Below, piece after piece: positions 44,842-55,348 of a stretch of DNA of 64,000 bases. The translations under genes and the position numbers were made by a program. This DNA is from Paracoccaceae bacterium (GTDB lineage: Bacteria > Pseudomonadota > Alphaproteobacteria > Rhodobacterales > Rhodobacteraceae). The notes below the pieces were generated by a model. That model saw only the letters and a list, made by a program, of their open reading frames with translations, made no database searches and was not told where the DNA came from. Numbering within the stretch: the stretch's first letter is position 1; each line of letters opens with the position of its first letter. The stretch covers positions 3,916 through 67,915 of the forward strand of contig JAHDDY010000008.1 in the NCBI GenBank assembly GCA_020629115.1, read 5' to 3'.

Positions 44842-46221
44842 ATGGTGGTCCGCATGGGCCATACGATCGAAATCCCCGTCTGGGCCGCGATCCTCGTCGG
44901 CACGCTCGGCATCGCGGGACTGCTCGACCGGGTCGTCGGCCCGTCGCTGCGCTGGGTGCTGCGCCGCCGGGTGAACCGGGCCATCGACGACCTGAACCAG
45001 CGCCTCGATCTGCGCATCCAGCCCTTCAAGCTCACCCGCCGCAAGGTGCTCGTCGACCGGCTGGTCTACGACCCGCAGGTCATGGCCGCGCTCGACGAAC
45101 ACGTGCGCGAGGAGGGCATCCCGCGCGACGTGGCGATGGAGCGGGTCGAGCGCTACGCCCGCGAGACGGTGCCCGCCTTCTCCGCCTTCGCCTATTTCTC
45201 CTTCGGCGCCCGGGCCGCGCGCTGGATCAGCCGGGCGCTCTACCGGGTGCGGCTCGGCTTCATCGACGAGGCGGCGCTGGCGGATATCGACCGGGGGGCG
45301 GCGGTGGTGTTCGTGATGAACCACCGCTCGAACATGGACTATCTGCTGGTCACCTATCTCGCCGCCGAACGCAGCGCGCTGAGCTATGCGGTGGGGGAAT
45401 GGGCGCGGGTCTGGGGCCTGTCGACGCTCATCCGCTCGATGGGGGCCTATTTCATCCGCCGCCGCTCCCGCGATGCGCTCTATCGCAAGGTCCTGTCGCG
45501 CTACGTCGCCATGGCGACCGAGGGCGGGGTGACGCAGGCGGTGTTTCCCGAAGGGGGACTGTCGCGCGACGGCCGTCTCCAGGGGGCGAAGTTGGGCCTC
45601 CTGTCCTACATGGCCGAGGGGTTCGAGCCGGGGGTCTCCCGCGACGTGGCCTTCGTCCCGGTCGGCCTCAACTACGATCGGGTGCTGGAGGACCGCGTCC
45701 TGACCGATGGCGGGGAGGCGGGGCGCTTCCGGTTCAGTCCGCTCGTGCTGGCCGGGTTCCTGTCGCGGCTCGCCTGGCTGCGCATCACGGGGCGGATGAC
45801 CCGCTTCGGCTACGCCTGCGTCAGCTTCGGCCAGCCGCTCTCCCTCGCCGAGTTCGCCGCCCGGGGCGAGGGCCTCGACGTCGAGGCGCTGGGCGAGGAA
45901 CTGATGCGCCGGGTGGGGCAGGTGGTGCCCGTCCTGCCGGTCTCCCTGGTCGCGACCGTCCTGCGCGAGGCGGACGGCCCGCTCAGCGCGCTCGACGTGA
46001 AGGCGCGGACGCAGGTCCTGATGCACGCGCTGATCGGGGCGGGCGCCCATGCGCACATCCCGCGCGGCGACGAGGACTATGCCGTCGAGGTGGGCCTGCG
46101 CATGATGCGCCGCCGGCGTCTCGTCACGGAGGAGGACGGCCTGCTCCTCGCCAACCCGGACGAGGCGGGACTAGTCGACTACTACGCCAACGCCATCGCC
46201 CATCTGCCGCGCGCGGGCTGA
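44842..46221 (+). CDS. Glycerol-3-phosphate/lysophospholipid acyltransferase-family protein (PlsB-like)
   Basis: Acyltransferase motif I VFVMNHRSNMDY, then AYFIRR and FPEGGLSRDG. Start uncertain: 44788, 44842 or 44854. Confidence 0.75.
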   Translation: MVVRMGHTIEIPVWAAILVGTLGIAGLLDRVVGPSLRWVLRRRVNRAIDDLNQRLDLRIQPFKLTRRKVLVDRLVYDPQVMAALDEHVREEGIPRDVAMERVERYARETVPAFSAFAYFSFGARAARWISRALYRVRLGFIDEAALADIDRGAAVVFVMNHRSNMDYLLVTYLAAERSALSYAVGEWARVWGLSTLIRSMGAYFIRRRSRDALYRKVLSRYVAMATEGGVTQAVFPEGGLSRDGRLQGAKLGLLSYMAEGFEPGVSRDVAFVPVGLNYDRVLEDRVLTDGGEAGRFRFSPLVLAGFLSRLAWLRITGRMTRFGYACVSFGQPLSLAEFAARGEGLDVEALGEELMRRVGQVVPVLPVSLVATVLREADGPLSALDVKARTQVLMHALIGAGAHAHIPRGDEDYAVEVGLRMMRRRRLVTEEDGLLLANPDEAGLVDYYANAIAHLPRAG

Positions 46222-46347
46222 CGGTCCTTAACCCTTTGCGCGCGGGGCCGGGCTATGGTGGGGAGGCGGCGCATTGCACGCGCCCCGCTCCCGCCCTAGA
46301 TGGGCACCATGTCGCCCGCCGTCGAAACAATCCTCCCGGAGAACACC

Positions 46348-46992
46348 ATGGCCCTCACGCCCGACCAGCCCGCGCCGCCGAAGGAGAAGCAGGTCAAGGG
46401 CAGCGCCTGGGTCAAGCTGCTGCTGGAGCTGGGGCCGCTCATGATCTTCTTCTTCGCCTACAACCGGGGCGACGCGGTCGGGGACTGGCTCGGCCAGCCC
46501 GACATGAAGCCGATCATCGCGGCGACCGTGGTGTTCGTCCCGACCATGGTCCTCTCGGTCCTCGCCTCCTTCTGGATCACGCGGGAGGTGGCGGTGATGC
46601 CGCTGGTGTCGCTGGTGCTGGTGGTGGTGTTCGGCGGGCTGACCATCTGGCTGAACGACGAGACCTTCATCAAGATGAAGCCCACCATCCTCAACCTCAT
46701 CTTCGCCGTCGTTCTGATGACGGGCCTGTATTTCGGCAAGATGTTCCTGAAGATGATCTTCCAGGAGGGCTGGGCCATCACGGACCGGGGCTGGTACCTG
46801 CTCACGATCCGGTGGTCGATCTTCTTCGTCTTCATGGCCATCCTCAACGAGGTGATCTGGCGCAACTTCTCGGAGGATTTCTGGGTGGCGTTCAAGGTCT
46901 GGGGCAACCTGCCCATCACGCTGGCCTTCGCCGTCTTCCAGATGCGCCTCGTCTGGCAGCACCCCCTGCCCGAGGAAGAGAAGCCGGCCTGA
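46348..46992 (+). CDS. yciB: Inner-membrane septation-associated protein YciB/IspZ
   Basis: [17 protein letters not shown] is the typical YciB N-terminus. Five TM helices. Start taken at ATG 46348. Confidence 0.8.
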   Translation: MALTPDQPAPPKEKQVKGSAWVKLLLELGPLMIFFFAYNRGDAVGDWLGQPDMKPIIAATVVFVPTMVLSVLASFWITREVAVMPLVSLVLVVVFGGLTIWLNDETFIKMKPTILNLIFAVVLMTGLYFGKMFLKMIFQEGWAITDRGWYLLTIRWSIFFVFMAILNEVIWRNFSEDFWVAFKVWGNLPITLAFAVFQMRLVWQHPLPEEEKPA

Positions 46993-47188
46993 TGCCGGTC
47001 GCCGGATAGCTCTTTACATCGCAGGTCGTTTCCGGGACAGAACAGGGCGTGCCCGTAGGGTGCGCACCGTCCTTTATGCTGCTGAAAAGGGTGCGACCCT
47101 TGGGCGCGGCGCGGCGCGCCACGGCCCCGGGCGAGCGCAGCATGATTCACGCGCCCGGAACCACGGGCGGGGCAAGGGAAAGACCGCG

Positions 47189-48856
47189 ATGTCCGATATC
47201 GAAATCGCCCGCAAGGCCACCAAGAAACCCATCCAGGAGATCGGTGCGAAGATCGGCATCGGGTCCGACGACCTCCTGCCCTACGGCCACGACAAGGCGA
47301 AGGTCTCGGCCGAGTTCATCAAGTCGAAGGCGGATGCGCCGGACGGCAACCTCATCCTCGTCACCGCCATCAACCCCACCCCCGCGGGCGAGGGCAAGAC
47401 GACGACGACCGTGGGCCTTGGCGACGGGCTGAACCGCATCGGCAAGAACGCGATGGTCTGCATCCGCGAGGCCTCCCTCGGTCCGAACTTCGGCATGAAG
47501 GGCGGCGCGGCGGGCGGCGGCTACGCGCAGGTCGTGCCGATGGAGGAGATGAACCTCCACTTCACCGGCGACTTCCACGCCATCACCTCCGCGCACAACC
47601 TCTGCGCCGCGATGCTCGACAACCATATGTACTGGGGCAACGAGCAGGAGATCGACGTGCGCCGGGTGGTCTGGCGGCGGGTGCTGGACATGAACGACCG
47701 CGCGCTGCGCCAGATCACGGCTTCGCTGGGCGGCGTGGCCAACGGCTTCCCGCGCGAGGCGGGCTTCGACATCACGGTCGCCTCGGAGGTGATGGCGATC
47801 CTGTGCCTCGCCAACGATCTGGACGATCTCCAGCGCCGCCTCGGCGACATGATCGTCGCCTACCGCCGCGACCGCTCGCCCGTCTTCTGCCGCGACATCA
47901 AGGCCGACGGGGCGATGACGGTGCTGCTGAAGGACGCGATGCAGCCCAACCTCGTGCAGACGCTGGAGAACAACCCCGCCTTCGTCCATGGTGGCCCCTT
48001 CGCCAACATCGCCCATGGCTGCAATTCCGTGGTGGCGACGAAGACGGCGCTGAAGCTGTGCGACTACGTGGTGACCGAGGCCGGGTTCGGGGCCGATCTC
48101 GGGGCCGAGAAGTTCCTCAACATCAAGTGCCGCAAGGCGGGCCTGTCCCCGAAGGCCGTCGTCATCGTCGCCACCGTGCGCGCCATGAAGATGAACGGCG
48201 GCGTCGCCAAGGGGGACCTTGCCGACGAGAATGTCGATGCCGTCAAGGCCGGCTGCGCCAACCTCGGGCGCCATATCGAGAATATCGGCAAGTTCGGCGT
48301 CCCGGCGGTGGTGGCGATCAACCATTTCTCGGGCGATACCGACGCCGAGGTGCAGGCGGTCAAGGACTTCGTCGAGAGTCAGGGGACCGAGGCGGTGCTG
48401 TGCAAGCACTGGGCGCATGGCGGCGCGGGGACCGAGGATCTGGCCAACAAGGTGGTCGAGATCGTCGAGAGCGGGAAGGCGGCCTACCAGCCCCTCTACG
48501 GCGACGACATGGGCCTCGCCGACAAGATCGAGGCCATCGCGAAAGGCATCTACCGCGCCGATTCGGTCATCATGGACAAGAAGATCCGCGATCAGCTGAA
48601 GGCCTGGGAGGATCAGGGCTACGGCAATCTGCCGGTCTGCATGGCGAAGACGCAGTACAGCTTCTCGACCGACCCGAACGAGCGCGGCGCGCCGACCGGC
48701 TTCGACATCCCCGTGCGCGAGGTGCGCCTCAGCGCGGGGGCGGGCTTCGTCGTCGCCATCTGCGGCGAGATCATGACCATGCCGGGCCTGCCCCGTGTGC
48801 CCTCGGCCGAGAGCATCATGCTCGACGACGACGGGAATGTGCAGGGGCTTTTCTAG
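47189..48856 (+). CDS. fhs: Formate--tetrahydrofolate ligase
   Basis: 555 aa from [10 protein letters not shown] (ATG 47189). [18 protein letters not shown]-loop. Confidence 0.95.
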   Translation: MSDIEIARKATKKPIQEIGAKIGIGSDDLLPYGHDKAKVSAEFIKSKADAPDGNLILVTAINPTPAGEGKTTTTVGLGDGLNRIGKNAMVCIREASLGPNFGMKGGAAGGGYAQVVPMEEMNLHFTGDFHAITSAHNLCAAMLDNHMYWGNEQEIDVRRVVWRRVLDMNDRALRQITASLGGVANGFPREAGFDITVASEVMAILCLANDLDDLQRRLGDMIVAYRRDRSPVFCRDIKADGAMTVLLKDAMQPNLVQTLENNPAFVHGGPFANIAHGCNSVVATKTALKLCDYVVTEAGFGADLGAEKFLNIKCRKAGLSPKAVVIVATVRAMKMNGGVAKGDLADENVDAVKAGCANLGRHIENIGKFGVPAVVAINHFSGDTDAEVQAVKDFVESQGTEAVLCKHWAHGGAGTEDLANKVVEIVESGKAAYQPLYGDDMGLADKIEAIAKGIYRADSVIMDKKIRDQLKAWEDQGYGNLPVCMAKTQYSFSTDPNERGAPTGFDIPVREVRLSAGAGFVVAICGEIMTMPGLPRVPSAESIMLDDDGNVQGLF

Positions 48857-48886
48857 GCCCCGAAGAACGGCCCGCCGACCGCCGAG

Positions 48887-48907
48887 GCCCCCGGCATCGC
48901 CGGGGGC
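48887..48907. terminator. GC-rich hairpin between the convergent fhs and cytochrome c peroxidase genes
   Basis: GCCCCCGGC-atc-GCCGGGGGC, a perfect 9-bp stem. No U-tract on either side. Confidence 0.35.
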
Positions 48908-48915
48908 GAAGCGCC

Positions 48916-50253
48916 CTACGGCACCGGCAACCCGCTCGGCACCGCATCGGGCACGCCCAGCCGCCCTGCGACGCTGCCCTCGTCCGTCAGCGCCGCGAGG
49001 AAGGCGAGCAGGGCGTCGACCTGCGCATCCGTCAGCACCTTCGGCACCAGCACGTTCGCCGCCGCGATGGCGTCCCGCTCGCGCGGATCGTCCAGCGCGC
49101 GGAAATCCCGCGCACCGGGCAGGTCGGGCAGCACCGCCTGCGCCCGGTCGTAGGCATCGAGCGCGGCGACAGGGTCGAGGTGATGGCGCACGACCCCGTC
49201 GAGCGTCGCATACGCCCCGGAATGGCCGTAGGGCGCGGTTTCGGTCACGTTGCGCAGGCTCGGCGTGCGAAAAGCGTAGGCGTCCCCGGCCCGGCCCGTC
49301 ACGCGCATCCGTCCCGTATCGCGCGCGTGGCTCTCGAACCGCGCCGCCTTGCCGGGGCCGATCTGCGGCATGGCGATGGCGTGGAAAGCGTGGTCCGTCT
49401 GGAACCGCCCCGCATGGCACGAGGCGCATCCCGCCTCGCCGTAGAACAGCGCCATCCCCTCGGCGGCCAGCGGCTCCAGCGGTGCGCCGTCGCACAGATG
49501 CCGGTCGAACGGGCTGTCGTCGGCCCGCCACTCGACCGCGATGAAGGCGGCGAGCGCGTCGGCAATGCCCGCGAAGTCCACCGCCCGATCCGCCCCGTAG
49601 GCCGCGTCGAACGCCCCGCGATAGGCCGGGATCGCCTCGATCCGGTCGGTCAGGATGGCCCAGGCCCCGCCGTCATGGGTCAGCAGCCCCTGCCGCACCG
49701 CGCGCGACACGTCGCTCTCGCCGTAATGCCCCGCCATCTCGTCGGGCGAGAGCACCGGGAACATCGTCTGCGCCGCCAGCACCGACAGATCGAGCCGGTC
49801 GAAATCCTCGCCCAGCGGCGTGCGCAACCCGTCCGCCGTCGCCTCCAGCCGCCCGTCCGCGAACATGACCGAGAATTCGGGCGCGCCGAGGTTGAACAGG
49901 GCGGTCGCGTTGCGCGGGATGCGCTGCTCGGGCGGGTTGTCCGGGTCCACGCGCCGCGCCGGTCCCAGCCCCGCGCCCCCGTCGCCCAGCGACAGCGATA
50001 CCCCGTCCGACGTGCCGTGCTCCGGATGATGACAGGTCGCGCAGGCCACCGCCTTCGACCCGCTGAGCACGGGGTCGTAGAACAACGCCTGTCCCAGCCG
50101 CACGACCTCCGGCGCGGGGGCCATGAAATCGACCGGCGCGCAGGTCGGCACCGTGGCCGACGCCCCCGATGCCATTCCCCAGACCGCGAGAAGGGCCAGG
50201 ACGGCAAGCCTGTCCTTTACGTGCGAAAAATCACCCTGTATCACCATCGTCAT
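48916..50253 (-). CDS. Di-haem cytochrome c peroxidase (CCP/MauG family), secreted
   Basis: About 445 aa from MTMVIQGDF (start 50253), at the 3' end of track ORF 48916..53964. Signal peptide LALLAVWGMASGASA. Two haem sites, CATCHH and CASCHA. Confidence 0.85.
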   Translation of the reverse strand: MTMVIQGDFSHVKDRLAVLALLAVWGMASGASATVPTCAPVDFMAPAPEVVRLGQALFYDPVLSGSKAVACATCHHPEHGTSDGVSLSLGDGGAGLGPARRVDPDNPPEQRIPRNATALFNLGAPEFSVMFADGRLEATADGLRTPLGEDFDRLDLSVLAAQTMFPVLSPDEMAGHYGESDVSRAVRQGLLTHDGGAWAILTDRIEAIPAYRGAFDAAYGADRAVDFAGIADALAAFIAVEWRADDSPFDRHLCDGAPLEPLAAEGMALFYGEAGCASCHAGRFQTDHAFHAIAMPQIGPGKAARFESHARDTGRMRVTGRAGDAYAFRTPSLRNVTETAPYGHSGAYATLDGVVRHHLDPVAALDAYDRAQAVLPDLPGARDFRALDDPRERDAIAAANVLVPKVLTDAQVDALLAFLAALTDEGSVAGRLGVPDAVPSGLPVP

Positions 50254-50322
50254 TCGTGCCGATCCGGCATCCCTGCTGCACCGGCACGACAAGAACACTG
50301 AATCTCTCCGGGAGGAAACCCC

Positions 50323-51309
50323 ATGACCTTCACCATGACGCGACGCGCGGTCGCGGCGGCGGCCTCGGCCCTCGCCCTCACGCTCACGGTTCCGGCCTTC
50401 GCCGGCGGCCATCAGGAGCTGGACAGCATCCACTTCCTCATCCCCGGCGGCGCGGGCGGCGGCTGGGACGGCACGGCGCGCGGCACGGGCGAGGCCCTGA
50501 CGAAATCGGGCCTCGTCGGCAAGGCGTCCTACGAGAACATGTCGGGCGGCGGCGGCGGCAAGGCGATCGGCTACCTGATCGAGAATGCCGAAAGCAACCA
50601 CGGCACGCTGATGGTCAACTCGACCCCCATCGTCATCCGCTCGCTCACCGGCGTCTTCCCGCAGAACTTCCGCGACCTGACGCTCGTCGCAGGCACCATC
50701 GGCGACTACGCCGCCCTCGTGGTCAGCGCGGACAGCGACATCGAATCGATGGACGACCTGGTCGCGGCCTTCAAGGAGGACCCGAACGCGGTCGCCATCG
50801 GCGGCGGCTCGGCCCCCGGCAGCATGGACCACCTCGTCCCCGCCATGATCATGGAAGCCGCCGGAGCCGACCCGCTCGATGTGAAGTACGTGGCCTACGA
50901 CGCGGGTGGCAAGGCGATGGCCGGGCTGCTGTCGGGCGAGACCGCCGTCCTCTCGACCGGCTTCTCCGAGGCCGTCGCGCTGGCCGAGGCCGGCGAGGTG
51001 CGCATCCTCGCCGTCACCGCGCCCGAGCGCCTCGAAGACTTCCCCGACGTGCCCACCGTTAAGGAGCAGGGCATCGACGCGGAATTCGTCAACTGGCGCG
51101 GCTTCTTCGCCGCCCCCGGCCTGCCGGAGGAGGATCGCCAGAAGTACGTCGACGTGCTGACGAAGATGTACGAGACCGAGGAATGGGAAGCCGTGCGCGA
51201 GCGCAACGGCTGGGTGAACATCTTCAACCCGGGCGACGATTTCCAGACCTTCCTCGAAGGCCAGGAAAAGACCATCGGCGACCTGATGACGAAGCTCGGC
51301 TTTTTGTAA
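50323..51309 (+). CDS. tctC: Tripartite tricarboxylate transporter substrate-binding protein (TctC/Bug family)
   Basis: 328 aa. Signal peptide AAAASALALTLTVPAFA. Bug-family fold. Followed by tctB and tctA. Confidence 0.85.
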   Translation: MTFTMTRRAVAAAASALALTLTVPAFAGGHQELDSIHFLIPGGAGGGWDGTARGTGEALTKSGLVGKASYENMSGGGGGKAIGYLIENAESNHGTLMVNSTPIVIRSLTGVFPQNFRDLTLVAGTIGDYAALVVSADSDIESMDDLVAAFKEDPNAVAIGGGSAPGSMDHLVPAMIMEAAGADPLDVKYVAYDAGGKAMAGLLSGETAVLSTGFSEAVALAEAGEVRILAVTAPERLEDFPDVPTVKEQGIDAEFVNWRGFFAAPGLPEEDRQKYVDVLTKMYETEEWEAVRERNGWVNIFNPGDDFQTFLEGQEKTIGDLMTKLGFL

Positions 51310-51318
51310 GAAGTCCTT

Positions 51319-51412
51319 CTGCCCCGCACTTGACGCGGGGCCTTTGCGGATAGGGCGCTTCTGAGGAGACAGCGCTTCTGCGGATAAAGGCCCCGCATCA
51401 AGTGCGGGGCGG
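51319..51412. repeat. REP-like paired-hairpin element between tctC and tctB
   Basis: The arms GCCCCGCACTTGACGCGGGGCCTTT (left) and AAAGGCCCCGCATCAAGTGCGGGGC (right) are inverted copies with 1 mismatch in 25. Each arm is itself a hairpin. Internal direct repeat GCGCTTCTG x2. Confidence 0.7.
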
Positions 51413-51423
51413 AGTTCTCGGGA

Positions 51424-51909
51424 ATGTGCCCTATGACCCTCGACCGCTGGATCGCCGCCATCTTCCTCGTCGTCTGCATCGTCTACGCCTATACGGCCTG
51501 GATCGTGATGGACGCGAACCTCCTGCCCTTCGAGCGGCGCAATCCCGTCTGGCCCAGCACCTTCCCGAAGATCCTCTCGATCCTCGGCATCGGGTGCGCG
51601 CTGTGGGTGCTGGTGACGTCGAAGCCGCAGCCGATCAGGGAAGACGAGATCGACCATCGCCGCCTCGGCGAGTACAAGACGGGCCAGGCGCTGGCCCTCG
51701 TCGGTCTCATGGTGGCCTACGCCTTCGCGCTGTACCCCATCGGCTTCATCGCCTCGACCGTCGTGTTCCTCACGGCGGGGGCGGCCATCCTCGGCGAGCG
51801 GCGGCTGCACGTCGCCGTGCCCATCGCCGCCGTCGCGGCCTTCTCCATCTGGTATCTGGTGCAGGAGGTCCTCGGCATCTTCCTGCGTCCCTGGCCCTGG
51901 TTCGTATAG
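51424..51909 (+). CDS. tctB: Tripartite tricarboxylate transporter small membrane subunit TctB
   Basis: 161 aa, four TM helices, in the position between tctC and tctA. Confidence 0.8.
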   Translation: MCPMTLDRWIAAIFLVVCIVYAYTAWIVMDANLLPFERRNPVWPSTFPKILSILGIGCALWVLVTSKPQPIREDEIDHRRLGEYKTGQALALVGLMVAYAFALYPIGFIASTVVFLTAGAAILGERRLHVAVPIAAVAAFSIWYLVQEVLGIFLRPWPWFV

Positions 51910-51921
51910 CGGAGGACGGTC

Positions 51922-53448
51922 ATGCTCGAAGGCATCCTGCTCGGTCTGTCGACCGCCTTCTCGATCAAGAATCTGCTGATGGTCGTCGGCGGGTGCCTCA
52001 TCGGCACCTTCATCGGCATGTTGCCCGGCCTCGGGCCGATGTCGATCATCGCCATCATGATTCCCGTCGCCATCACCATCGGCGACCCGTCCGCCGCCCT
52101 GATCCTGCTGGCCGGGGTCTATTACGGCGCGATCTTCGGCGGCTCGACCTCCTCGATCCTCATCAACGCCCCCGGCGTCGCCTCGACCGTGGCGAGCAGC
52201 TTCGACGGCTATCCGCTCGCGCGGCAGGGCAAGGCGGGCAAGGCGCTGACGGTCGCGGCCATCTCCTCCTTCGCGGGCGGGTCCATCGGGGCGGTGCTCC
52301 TGATGATCTTCGCGCCCGCGCTGGCCTCGGTCGCGCTGCTGTTCCACTCGGCGGAGTATTTCGCGCTCATGGTCGTCGGTCTCTCGGCCATCGCGGCCTT
52401 CGCCGGGACGGGGCAGGTGTCGAAGGCGATGATGATGACCGTGCTCGGCCTGATGCTGGCCACGGTGGGCGAGGCGGCGTTGTTCCAGGCTCCGCGCTTC
52501 ACCGGCGGCATCATGGACCTGCAATCGGGGTTCAGCTTCGTCACGCTGGCCATGGCCATGTTCGCCCTGCCGGAGGCCATCTTCCTCGTCCTCGATCCGA
52601 AGCGCTCCAAGACCGGCGACGGCGGGTCGGGCGAGATCAGGGACCTGCGCATCACCCGCGAGGAGGGTCGCCAGATCGCCCCCGTCATCGCGCGCCAGTC
52701 GGTGCAGGGCTTCCTGATCGGCGTGCTGCCCGGCGCGGGGGCGACCATCGCCTCCTTCCTCGGCTACGCCGTCGAGCGCAACATCGCCTCCGAGGAGGAC
52801 AAGAAGCAGTTCGGGAAAGGCTCGATCAAGGGCCTCGCCGCGCCGGAGACGGCGAACAACGCGGCCTGCACCGGCTCCTTCGTCCCGCTCCTGACGCTGG
52901 GCATTCCCGGCTCCGGCACGACCGCCATCCTGCTCGGCGCGCTCATCGCGCTGAACGTCACGCCGGGGCCGCGCCTGATGGTCGACGAGCCGAGCGTCTT
53001 CTGGTCGGTCATCATCTCGATGTATCTGGGCAATCTCGTGCTCCTGATGCTCAACCTGCCCCTCATCCCCTACATCGCGAAGATCCTGTCGGTGCCGCGC
53101 AACTTCCTGATCCCGTTCATCCTCTTCTTCACGCTGATGGGCGCGTATATCGGGCAGAACAACGCGACGGAACTGCTGATCCTCGTCGGTCTCGGCGTGT
53201 TCGCGACCGTCCTGCGGATGGCCGATTTTCCGCTGCCGCCGCTCCTCATCGGCTTCATCCTCGGCGCGATGCTGGAGGACAACTTCGCCCGCTCGATGCA
53301 GCTCTACGACGGCCCGGCCTTCATCTGGGAGCGTCCGATGACGGCGGGCCTGCTGGTGCTGGCCCTGGTGCTGGTCCTCCTGCCCACCCTCCGCGCCCGG
53401 CGGGCCAAGGCGAAGGCGGCGCGGCAGGGGGTGGCGGACGGCTCGTAG
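51922..53448 (+). CDS. tctA: Tripartite tricarboxylate transporter large membrane subunit TctA
   Basis: 508 aa polytopic protein. GMLPGLGPMSIIAIMIP and GVLPGAGATIASFLGYA repeat motifs. Confidence 0.9.
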   Translation: MLEGILLGLSTAFSIKNLLMVVGGCLIGTFIGMLPGLGPMSIIAIMIPVAITIGDPSAALILLAGVYYGAIFGGSTSSILINAPGVASTVASSFDGYPLARQGKAGKALTVAAISSFAGGSIGAVLLMIFAPALASVALLFHSAEYFALMVVGLSAIAAFAGTGQVSKAMMMTVLGLMLATVGEAALFQAPRFTGGIMDLQSGFSFVTLAMAMFALPEAIFLVLDPKRSKTGDGGSGEIRDLRITREEGRQIAPVIARQSVQGFLIGVLPGAGATIASFLGYAVERNIASEEDKKQFGKGSIKGLAAPETANNAACTGSFVPLLTLGIPGSGTTAILLGALIALNVTPGPRLMVDEPSVFWSVIISMYLGNLVLLMLNLPLIPYIAKILSVPRNFLIPFILFFTLMGAYIGQNNATELLILVGLGVFATVLRMADFPLPPLLIGFILGAMLEDNFARSMQLYDGPAFIWERPMTAGLLVLALVLVLLPTLRARRAKAKAARQGVADGS

Positions 53449-53495
53449 CGCCGCGTTGCGCTGATCCGGGGGCGTCCGCGCGGCGAGGGGAAGGC

Positions 53496-54350
53496 ATGAG
53501 GATGAGCATCGGACGCATCGCGGCGGCGGCTTTCCTGACGGTGGCGATGCAGGCGGGCGGGGCACGGGCCGCCCCCGCCTGCGGCGACGTGCCGACGCCC
53601 TGCACGGTCGAGGAGGGGGTCTACCACGCCGCCGCGCCCGCCGGGGCGGGGCCGCACGGCGCGGTCGTCTTCCTGCATGGCTGGGGCGGGCGCGGGGAAG
53701 GCATCCTGCGCAACCGCGGGCTGGTCGAGGCGGTGACGGGCCGGGGATACGCGCTGATCGCGCCGCAGGGAATGCCGCGTCGTCCGGGAGACCGGGGCGG
53801 ATCGTGGAACGTGCGGCGCAACCCGCGCGGGCGCGACGATATCGCCTTTCTGGCCTCGGTCGCGGCGGATGCGGCGGCGCGCTTCGATCTCGACCCCGCC
53901 CGCATCGTCCTCGCGGGATTTTCCGCCGGGGGGATGATGACGTGGCGCGTCGCCTGTTCGGCACCCGATACCTTTGCGGCCTACGCGCCCATCGCCGGGT
54001 TGCTCTGGCGGCCCCTGCCGGCGGCGTGCGACGGGCCAGTGCGGCTGCATCACACCCATGGCTGGTCCGATCCGGTGGTGCCGCTCGAAGGGCGCATCGT
54101 GGGCAGCGGGATCGAACAGGGCGACCTCTTCGCCGGGCTGGCCCTCCTGCGCGCCGCCGCCGGATGTGAGAGCGACGCGCCGGACGGCTACGGGGCCGAG
54201 GCCGCGTATCGCCTGCGCCGCTGGGAGGGATGCCGGCCCGGTGCGGCGCTGGAGATGGCGCTGCACCCGGGCGGGCACGTCATCCCGCGCGGCTGGAGCG
54301 CGCTGGCGCTCGACTGGTTCGAGCGGGTGGCCGGTCAGGCGTCCGAGTAG
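53496..54350 (+). CDS. Secreted alpha/beta hydrolase, PHB depolymerase/esterase-like
   Basis: 284 aa from MRMSIGRIAAAAF (ATG 53496), within track ORF 51402..54350. Signal peptide. VVFLHGWGG and nucleophile GFSAGGMM. Confidence 0.7.
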   Translation: MRMSIGRIAAAAFLTVAMQAGGARAAPACGDVPTPCTVEEGVYHAAAPAGAGPHGAVVFLHGWGGRGEGILRNRGLVEAVTGRGYALIAPQGMPRRPGDRGGSWNVRRNPRGRDDIAFLASVAADAAARFDLDPARIVLAGFSAGGMMTWRVACSAPDTFAAYAPIAGLLWRPLPAACDGPVRLHHTHGWSDPVVPLEGRIVGSGIEQGDLFAGLALLRAAAGCESDAPDGYGAEAAYRLRRWEGCRPGAALEMALHPGGHVIPRGWSALALDWFERVAGQASE

Positions 54351-55348
54351 AGCGCCTCGACGATCTCCAGGTTGCGCAGGTAGCGCGCCGCGCCCGTCTC
54401 CGGCTCCTCCCCCCGCCGCCAGGCGTCGAGGATGGCGCGGTTGGTGAGGTAGACGCAATCGCCGCCGAAATGGCGATCCTCCCAGCCGTAGGTCTGTTCG
54501 ACCTCGTCGTTCCGCCCGAACGCGCGCAGCCACAGCCGACCGTCGCCGTCGAGCCGCAGGGTGCCGCCCGAGCCGTCGACGGTCATCTCGCCCATGGTCA
54601 GGCGGCGGTTCGCGGCGGCGTGGTCCGACAGGCGGTTCGCGTCCAGAAGGCCCGCCGCCCCGCTCTCGAAGCCGAGGATGACGAGCGCCGCATCCTCCCC
54701 CGCGATGGCCAGGTTCAGGCGGCGCAGGAGGGCGCGGGCCTCGCTTACCTCGCCCATGAGATAGCGGAACGTGTCGATCCAGTGGATGCCGGTCTCGTGC
54801 AGCAGGAAGCGCGGCATCTCGCGGAAATAGGGCTGGCGATCGCGATAGGCGTCCGGTCCCTGCCCGTCGCCGGGGCGCAGGCGGAACGCGATCTGGTACG
54901 GCGTGCCGACGGCCCCCGCATTGAGCAGGCGCTTGGCCTCGCGGTACCAGGGCTGGTGCCGCATCGTCTCGTGGACGGCGAGGCGGCATCCGTGCTCCTC
55001 GGCCACCGCGACCGCCTCCCGCGCGCCCTCCAGCCCGCCGCAGAACGGTTTCTGGCAGACGATGTGCCCCGCATGGGGGGCGAGGGCGCGGATGAGGGGG
55101 AGGTGCGAGTCCGGCGGCGTGGCGATGTCCACGATATCGGGGCGCACCGCCTCGACCATCGCGCGCGCATCCTCGAAGACGGAGAAGTCCCCATACTCCG
55201 CGCGCATCGCGTCGGCGCGGCCGCGATCCCGCTCGCATAGCGCGACGAGGGCCGCATCCGCCATCCGGTGCCACGCATCGAGATGGAAGCGTCCGAAATA
55301 GCCCGCGCCGACGACCGCGACCCGCGCGGGGCGCGGCAGCTCAGGCAT
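54335..55348 (-). CDS. Gfo/Idh/MocA-family oxidoreductase
   Basis: 337 aa. N-terminal Rossmann fold VAVVGAGYFGRFH. Confidence 0.85.
   Translation of the reverse strand: MPELPRPARVAVVGAGYFGRFHLDAWHRMADAALVALCERDRGRADAMRAEYGDFSVFEDARAMVEAVRPDIVDIATPPDSHLPLIRALAPHAGHIVCQKPFCGGLEGAREAVAVAEEHGCRLAVHETMRHQPWYREAKRLLNAGAVGTPYQIAFRLRPGDGQGPDAYRDRQPYFREMPRFLLHETGIHWIDTFRYLMGEVSEARALLRRLNLAIAGEDAALVILGFESGAAGLLDANRLSDHAAANRRLTMGEMTVDGSGGTLRLDGDGRLWLRAFGRNDEVEQTYGWEDRHFGGDCVYLTNRAILDAWRRGEEPETGAARYLRNLEIVEALYSDA

Noticed and set aside
46993-47188. Possible ZTP (pfl) or THF riboswitch in the 196-nt GC-rich leader upstream of fhs
   Set aside because: Folate-cycle genes often carry ZTP riboswitches. However, I could not find the conserved GGGUCGUGAC...CCGCCUGGGCA core or a convincing pseudoknot. 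I saw only small hairpins (for example AAGGGT-gcg-ACCCTT). A covariance-model scan (Rfam RF01750, RF01831, RF03111) would settle it.
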